A stretch of DNA of 64,000 nt, from positions 1,951 to 65,950 of the forward strand of contig JAQTOB010000003.1 in the NCBI GenBank assembly GCA_028713575.1, written 5' to 3'. This document shows, piece by piece, positions 58,286-64,000 of this stretch. How positions within the stretch are numbered: position 1 is the stretch's first letter; every line of letters starts with the position of its first letter. The notes below the pieces were generated by a model, which did no database searches, was not told where the DNA came from, and worked only from the letters and a program-made list of their open reading frames with translations. Source of the DNA: Patescibacteria group bacterium (GTDB lineage: Bacteria; Patescibacteriota; Patescibacteriia; UBA2591; UBA6264). The position numbers and the translations under genes are program-made.

Positions 58286-60154
58286 ATGAGGAAAAAGAAA
58301 ACCCTAAAATATAGGTTTAGAATAATCATTTATTTAACAATAATTATTTTTTTGACGTATTATTTTGTTTTTCAAAAATTTTATGAATCAAAAGTTTTCC
58401 CCAGGACATATTGCGCTCAGGCCATAAAATTAAGCGGGATGAATTTTGAAGAAACAGAATTTTTAATAAAATCATTAACTGAAAGAATGGAAAAACAGGG
58501 ATTTTCTTTCTCCGTTGAAACGGAATTGGGAGCAAAAAAAACCGTTATCAAACCGCAATTAATAAGTTTAACTGACCCAGATTTAAGTCGCCAATTAATT
58601 CAATTTAACATCCAAGAAACATTAGATAAAATATTTGAGCCAAATCATCAAAGGGTCAAAAAAATAATCAATCCCTTTTTAAGCTTGGTCAGAAGCCGTC
58701 ATGTAGATTTGGTTTTTAAAATGAATGAAGAGGAAATAAAAAGGATATTAGAAAATGAATTTAATGAATTTCAACATCCGGCTAAAAACGCTTTTTTCGT
58801 TGTTGAGTCGGGGATAATAAATTTAAAAGATGAACAGCCGGGATTTATTTTTGATTATCAAGAGGCAATTGGGGAATTAAAGAATAATTTGAAAAATTTT
58901 GAGAATCAAGAAATAAAAATAACAGTTATTCAAAAAGAGCCGGAAATAAAAGTTAAAGACGTGAATAAAGCATTTTTTCTGGCTCAAGAAATTTTTAATT
59001 CAGCTCCTTATTATTTGTTTTATCAGGGGAAAAAATGGACAATTTTACAAGCAATAATTGGCGATTGGTTAAAGTTGGATGTTAATGAAATTGACGACAC
59101 AATAGGGGTTGATTTTGATCAAGAAAAAATAATAAATTTTTTTCAACCAATCGCCGAGGAAATCAACATCACACCCATTAATCAAAAGCTGGAAATAAAA
59201 GACGGGAAAGTGACGGAATTTCAGGTGGGTCGGTCAGGGTATGTTCTTAATCCAGTGGTTAATGCGGAAAAGATTACCCGGGAAATATTGGACGGAAAAA
59301 AGGAAATTAGTTTGCAAGTTGATGAAATAGGGCCGACGCCCTTATCAGATGATATTAACACCCTGGGGATTAAAGAATTGGTCGGCGAAGGAAGTTCTAA
59401 TTTTGCCGGTAGCCCCAAAAATCGCCGAATTAACATTAAATTAGGAGCGGAAAAATTACATGGATTATTAATTAAGCCGGACCAAGAATTTTCTTTAATT
59501 GAAGCAATCGGTCCAGTAGACGAGGCGTCCGGGTTTTTGCCGGAATTGGTCATTAAGGGCGATCGAACCGTTGCCGAATATGGCGGTGGATTATGTCAGA
59601 TAGGAACAACTATGTTTCGTTTGGCCATTAATGCCGGACTCCCAATTACTGAAAGGTCTCCGCATTCTTATCGGGTTGTTTATTATGAACCGGCCGGCAT
59701 GGACGCTACCATTTATAATCCTCATCCTGATTTACGATTTATAAACGATACGGGCCATTATTTGCTTTTACAAACAGAAATAAAAGGAGATGACTTAATT
59801 TTTAAATTTTTTGGCACATCTGATAACCGACAAGTTGAAACAACTAAACCGATAATTTCTAACATTACTTCTCCCGGTCCAGCTCAATATATTGAAACCA
59901 CGGAATTATTACCCGGGGAAAAAAGGAGAATAGAGTCGTCTCATTTTGGAGCTGACGCAGAATTTAAAAATATTATTACTTTTCCCAACGGGATTGTTCG
60001 GGAAGAAAACTGGAAAAGCCGTTATCGCCCTTGGCCCGAAGTTTGGTTGGTGGGCAAAAAAATAGAAGAGGAAGCGAGACCAGTTGAAACCGAGTCGGCC
60101 GTGATACCAGACCGGGAACAGGAAACGCTTGACGAAGTCGCACCTCATCAATAA
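58286..60154 (+). CDS. VanW-family protein with N-terminal TM
   Basis: GGGLCQIGTTMFRLAINAGLPITERSPHSYRVVYY matches the VanW domain core. Confidence 0.55.
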   Translation: MRKKKTLKYRFRIIIYLTIIIFLTYYFVFQKFYESKVFPRTYCAQAIKLSGMNFEETEFLIKSLTERMEKQGFSFSVETELGAKKTVIKPQLISLTDPDLSRQLIQFNIQETLDKIFEPNHQRVKKIINPFLSLVRSRHVDLVFKMNEEEIKRILENEFNEFQHPAKNAFFVVESGIINLKDEQPGFIFDYQEAIGELKNNLKNFENQEIKITVIQKEPEIKVKDVNKAFFLAQEIFNSAPYYLFYQGKKWTILQAIIGDWLKLDVNEIDDTIGVDFDQEKIINFFQPIAEEINITPINQKLEIKDGKVTEFQVGRSGYVLNPVVNAEKITREILDGKKEISLQVDEIGPTPLSDDINTLGIKELVGEGSSNFAGSPKNRRINIKLGAEKLHGLLIKPDQEFSLIEAIGPVDEASGFLPELVIKGDRTVAEYGGGLCQIGTTMFRLAINAGLPITERSPHSYRVVYYEPAGMDATIYNPHPDLRFINDTGHYLLLQTEIKGDDLIFKFFGTSDNRQVETTKPIISNITSPGPAQYIETTELLPGEKRRIESSHFGADAEFKNIITFPNGIVREENWKSRYRPWPEVWLVGKKIEEEARPVETESAVIPDREQETLDEVAPHQ

Positions 60155-60294
60155 GTAAAATAATTTTAATATTTTAAATCATCATTTTGATATTCGCATT
60201 TTAAATTTTTATTATGAACCCCATTAGAATTTCTTGAATATAGGTTTTCTAACGGGAATATAAAAAAGAGCTAATCCATCTAATTTTTAACAGG

Positions 60295-62322
60295 ATGAAT
60301 ATTACAGAATTAGCCAGAAGGCTAAAAATTACGCCCAATGAACTTAAAGAGGCTTTGCCCAAGCTGGGGTTTCATATCGGCCCTAGAGCCATTCAAATTC
60401 CAGACAAACAGGCATTGGCTGTAATGGAGATGTGGCAAAGAGAAAAAGAAAAAGAAAAAACTCTGGCTAAAATTAAAGAAAAAATATCTCAGGACTCAGG
60501 AGAAGACAAAAAACAAGATTTTCCGACGGTCACGGTTGAAATACCGGACAAGATACAGGTTTATCATCTGGCGGAAAAAATAAATTTACCTCTCCTTAAA
60601 GTGATGAACGAGCTGATGAAAAATGGGATTTTGGCCAGCGTCAACGAAAATTTGGACTATGAAATTGCTTCTATTATTGCAGAAAACCTTGGCGTGAAGG
60701 TGAGTCGAGGGGGAGAAAAAAAACAAACATCGGAAAGCTCAGTTAAAGATAGGGTAAAAAATGTTCTAAATCAGGAAGAAAAAAAAGATTTAGTTCAACG
60801 GCCGCCGATCGTAGTGGTGATGGGGCATGTGGATCACGGCAAAAGTTCAATTCTTGACGCGATTAGAAAAACCAAAATGGTTGACCAGGAAAAAGGCGGC
60901 ATTACCCAGCACATCGGCGCTTATCAAGTGGAAAAAAATAGCCGTTTTATCACTTTTATTGACACTCCCGGGCATGAGGCATTTAAGGCCATGAGAACTC
61001 GTGGTGGCGGGATGGCTGATATTGCCATTTTGGTAATTGCGGCCGATGATAAGTTACAGCCCCAGACCATGGAATCAATAAAAATTATTCAACAAGAAAA
61101 AATACCATTTATTGTTGCAATTAATAAAATAGATAGGCCGGAAGCGGACGCGGAGAGGATAAAAAAAGAATTGAGCCAAATTAATTTAATGGTTGAAGAT
61201 TGGGGAGGAAAGATCCCGTGCGTTTCTGTTTCTGCTAAGACTAAGCAAGGAATTGAAGAATTGTTGGAAACAATTATTCTGGTGGCAGAAATGGAAAAAG
61301 ACAAATTAATCACAAATCCCCAGGGAATGCTGGCAGGAGTGGTGATTGAATCTCACATTGACAGAGGTTTTGGCCCGGTCGCCAGCATTATTGTTTATAA
61401 CGGAACCATGAAAAAGGGAGACAAGGTTGTTATTGGCCAGTCCTGCGGTTGTCTGAAATCCATTAAAGATCAGTATGGCAATCCGGTTTTTCAAACGACT
61501 GCCGGTCAGCCGGTCCAAATTTATGGGTTGAAAGGTCTGCCACAAACCGGAGATTTAATTGAAGTGATTAATGATGACCATGAGTTTAAGAAAAAAATAA
61601 AACAAAGAGAAATTTCTTCTTTTAAAGAAAATGCCGCCGGCTGTTTTTGCGCAGAAGAAGATTCCTCGTCTGAGAATCAAAAGACAAAGTCCATAAATTT
61701 TATTATTCGGGCTGACGTTCTTGGTTCTTTAGAGGCCATTGTTCAATCTTTGGAGCAATTAGAGCATCCAGAGATAAAAATAAATATTTTAAAAAAAGAA
61801 TTAGGAAATTTAACAGAAACGGACGTAGATTTAGCCAAGGCTCCACAGGCCTGGCTGGTCGGGTTCAATGTGAATGTCAGTAATAGCGCTCGGCAACTGG
61901 CCGATGAATTCGGGCTGAGAGTAGATATTTATCGCGTTATTTATGATTTGATTGAAAACGTCAAGCAGGAGATGAATAAACTTTTATCCGTAGAAATTAT
62001 TGAGGAAAAAATCGGCGAAATTGAGGTTTTAAAGGTTTTTCAGCAAAAGGGCAAGGAAACCATTTTAGGCGGCCGACTCAAAGAAGGTAAGGCGATTAAG
62101 GATGCCATCATTAGAGTTTGGACCAAAACAACAGAACAGGATATGCAAAGAACAGAACTGAAAGGAGAGGGAAAGATTGTCCAGCTTCAAATTAATAAGA
62201 AAGATGTTAATGAAATTAAAACCGGCCCTGAATTTGGTTTAAAGTTTTTAGGCAAACCAAAAATTGAAGAAGGAGACAAGATGGAAGTGTATCAGGAAAT
62301 CAGAAAACAGAAGAAGATATAG
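60295..62322 (+). CDS. infB: translation initiation factor IF-2
   Basis: G domain VVVMGHVDHGKSS, DTPGHEAF, NKID. 675 aa. Confidence 0.9.
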   Translation: MNITELARRLKITPNELKEALPKLGFHIGPRAIQIPDKQALAVMEMWQREKEKEKTLAKIKEKISQDSGEDKKQDFPTVTVEIPDKIQVYHLAEKINLPLLKVMNELMKNGILASVNENLDYEIASIIAENLGVKVSRGGEKKQTSESSVKDRVKNVLNQEEKKDLVQRPPIVVVMGHVDHGKSSILDAIRKTKMVDQEKGGITQHIGAYQVEKNSRFITFIDTPGHEAFKAMRTRGGGMADIAILVIAADDKLQPQTMESIKIIQQEKIPFIVAINKIDRPEADAERIKKELSQINLMVEDWGGKIPCVSVSAKTKQGIEELLETIILVAEMEKDKLITNPQGMLAGVVIESHIDRGFGPVASIIVYNGTMKKGDKVVIGQSCGCLKSIKDQYGNPVFQTTAGQPVQIYGLKGLPQTGDLIEVINDDHEFKKKIKQREISSFKENAAGCFCAEEDSSSENQKTKSINFIIRADVLGSLEAIVQSLEQLEHPEIKINILKKELGNLTETDVDLAKAPQAWLVGFNVNVSNSARQLADEFGLRVDIYRVIYDLIENVKQEMNKLLSVEIIEEKIGEIEVLKVFQQKGKETILGGRLKEGKAIKDAIIRVWTKTTEQDMQRTELKGEGKIVQLQINKKDVNEIKTGPEFGLKFLGKPKIEEGDKMEVYQEIRKQKKI

Positions 62323-62418
62323 AAAAAACAATTATTTGAAAAACAAGAGTTGAAAAACTTTTGTTTTTCCTTGTGTTTGATATAATAAAATCAGAGATAA
62401 AATTTTTAAGGGGAAAAT

Positions 62419-62931
62419 ATGCGCAAAAAAATATTTATTCTAATCATTCTTCTTTTTCTGCCCTTGATTGTTCAGGCCCAGACGTCCGATTTATCTATTA
62501 GAACGATTAAGTGGCGGGAGTCGTTTGGGAAGAGGGATATTGAAAAAATAATTCTGAATAAGGAATACTTTTTTCTAAACGAGTCAGAGGCCAATTATCT
62601 ATTTAAAAGCGAAATTGAAAAATTTAAAAATTCGTTGGTTAAAAATTCCAGAATCGTCTTTACGGACGGATTTTTTCATTTTCAAACGATTTTCACCAGG
62701 ACTTTAAAAGGGAAAATATATGTTTTTGCCCGGCCATTGGAACATAAAATAGGAATAGATGTTTTACGGGCAGAATATTACGGCTTTAAAATTCCGGCCA
62801 GATGGGCAGAAAAAATAATCAATAATGAATTGGATAAATACTTTTCTTTTCTTTATCAGGCGAAAAATTATCAGTCAGCCAGATTAGTTGTTAAAGACAA
62901 GGCTGCCAGATTGGTCATAGAGTTTAAGTAA
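62419..62931 (+). CDS. secreted hypothetical protein
   Basis: Signal peptide ..IVQA|QT. Confidence 0.3.
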   Translation: MRKKIFILIILLFLPLIVQAQTSDLSIRTIKWRESFGKRDIEKIILNKEYFFLNESEANYLFKSEIEKFKNSLVKNSRIVFTDGFFHFQTIFTRTLKGKIYVFARPLEHKIGIDVLRAEYYGFKIPARWAEKIINNELDKYFSFLYQAKNYQSARLVVKDKAARLVIEFK

Positions 62932-62969
62932 AAAATATATAAAAGAGACAACAAAATAAACGGGAAATT

Positions 62970-63575
62970 ATGAAAAAAACAGAAAAAATAATTATTATCG
63001 TTATTGTGACGGTTATTCTACTTGTCGTTGTTTTGTTTTTAGCGAAAAAACAAAAAAGCCCTTTTTCTATGGAGGAAAATAATTCGTCCGCGACCTTGAA
63101 TCAGGAATTGCAAGATAGGGATTTTTTGGGAGACGGATTCAGCGTTAAAATACCCAAAGGATGGAAGGAACAAGTTGCGCCGACTGGCGTTTCCCTGATG
63201 ACGGTTGACGTGACCAGCCTGGTTAATGATCAAAGAGCCAAACAGATAAATTTTCATCCCTATTACACAGTGGTTCTTGATTCTTTGGTTAACACCACCA
63301 GGGAGGAATACATAGCTAATATCAAAAGGGACATTGCCTTGGTCGCCCCGGGCATTGTTTTTAGTAATGAGAACGACTTGGAAATCAATGCCAATGAAGC
63401 CTGGGCCATGGAAGGAAATGTGACTCAGAAAGAGATAGAATTTAAGCTTTTGATGGTTTTTATTAAAGGCGGAGACAACGACCTCTGGGTACTTTCCTTT
63501 AACACCACTAAGGCGGACTGGGATAGGGACAGCGATGTATTTACTGAAATAGCGCAGAGTTTTTTAGTGAGATAA
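62970..63575 (+). CDS. membrane-anchored hypothetical protein
   Basis: N-terminal TM anchor. Confidence 0.3.
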   Translation: MKKTEKIIIIVIVTVILLVVVLFLAKKQKSPFSMEENNSSATLNQELQDRDFLGDGFSVKIPKGWKEQVAPTGVSLMTVDVTSLVNDQRAKQINFHPYYTVVLDSLVNTTREEYIANIKRDIALVAPGIVFSNENDLEINANEAWAMEGNVTQKEIEFKLLMVFIKGGDNDLWVLSFNTTKADWDRDSDVFTEIAQSFLVR

Positions 63576-63642
63576 AAAGGGAAAAAGTCTAGAAACCCGG
63601 CGCGACCTGATTATTAGTTTGAATAAGTAAACTTTAGGTGAT

Positions 63643-63675
63643 GGAGGGGTTCAATCCCTCCAGGACTTTTTATTC
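63643..63675 (+). terminator. hairpin GGAGGG-GTTCAAT-CCCTCC followed by T-run (terminator candidate; T-arm-like)
   Basis: Direct reading. Sits 68 bp after the stop of the upstream gene. Confidence 0.35.
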
Positions 63676-63907
63676 ACCCCATTTACCTTACCCCGACCGA
63701 TGATTTTATCATCAACGGCAAAGTAATAGACGTGCTAAGCGTCTGAGGAACAATTTTTCTTTAAAGGAGTTATCCATAAGAAGATGATGTTTTGTTGATA
63801 TCAACAAAACATCAATATATAATTTTCCAGGGCAATTTCTTGCAGGTCTGACCTGCAAGAGGCATTATAAGAAGTATTCATTAAAATCGCACCAAATTTG
63901 AATTTTG

Positions 63908-63965
63908 CTTCTAAAACGCTTTATTAATCAGTATTTTAGAGGCATGGTTTATGGGGTCAGACCCC
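63908..63965. repeat. second copy of the hairpin + GGGGNCAGNCCCC module found in the 248-bp tandem repeat
   Basis: CTTCTAAAACGCTTTA..TTTTAGAGG ... GGGGTCAGACCCC compared with CTTCTAAAACGCTTTA..TTTTAGAAGG ... GGGGACAGTCCCC at 44985-45043. Confidence 0.6.
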
Positions 63966-64000
63966 AAGTCGATAATTATTGTAATCAGGGGCCGGAAAAG

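Noticed and set aside
63643-63661. GGAGGGGTTCAATCCCTCC hairpin considered as a tRNA 3' fragment / att site
   Set aside because: No complementary acceptor-stem sequence upstream. The following T-run fits a terminator better. Kept only as a low-confidence terminator.

Overview
This window is AT-rich and densely coded, with small genes and frequent 4-bp start/stop overlaps. The gene content suggests an uncultivated CPR/Patescibacteria-like bacterium, but that is inference. The evidence is GH57 glucanases with GlgA instead of GlgB, arrays of T4SS-pilin-like mini-proteins, PilT, a LAGLIDADG intein in GyrA, and a minimal translation and replication set.

Core genes I can recognise: leuS (partial, at the window start), ruvC, yebC, rpsA, ftsH, dnaN, hup, efp, rpsR, ssb, rpsF, trxB, lspA, a PBP1A, gyrA (intein-containing), pcm, infB and an Hsp20. 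There are four tRNAs in two clusters: Lys-CUU with Arg-UCG, and Ala-CGC with Arg-CCU.

Accessory content that deserves attention:
- **Pilin-like array (15.3-17.5 kb).** Four tandem divergent paralogs of a small secreted two-TM protein with TrbC/VirB2-like topology and a conserved IIGG-WMTSGG-KxKK loop. One is fused to a Cys-rich module and a PG_binding_1 domain. Three evenly spaced TTGACA direct repeats sit upstream, and an orphan lipoprotein solute-binding protein is adjacent.
- **Glycogen genes.** Two loci, each with a glgA paralog. One adds two tandem GH57 enzymes. PGI/PMI-like and GalT-like genes lie elsewhere.
- **Lipid-linked glycosylation module (10-15 kb).** Dpm1-like GT2 flanked by two large polytopic membrane proteins, one with an in-frame simple-sequence insert.
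- **Scar/hotspot region (42.7-46.2 kb).** It contains:
  - a glycosyltransferase GT4 gene that is 5'-duplicated and internally frameshifted
  - a free-standing single-motif LAGLIDADG homing endonuclease gene
  - a perfect 2 x 248 bp tandem repeat carrying a hairpin plus GGGGNCAGNCCCC-palindrome module that recurs at 63.9 kb
  - a GC-rich structured segment
  - a tRNA-Ala-like 5' fragment between intact tRNAs
- **Repeated palindrome module.** A second tRNA-like fragment (tRNA-Lys-like) sits next to GC-rich palindromes (TCCGTCAGYTGACGGA plus a GCC(T)GC(C)GGCAGGC-type GC palindrome); the same module occurs at 13.6 kb.
- **S8 peptidase (54.5-56.8 kb).** Its C-terminal FG-GAP blades are encoded by near-identical 156-bp DNA repeats.

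I found no CRISPR array, rRNA, or obvious transposase or integrase.
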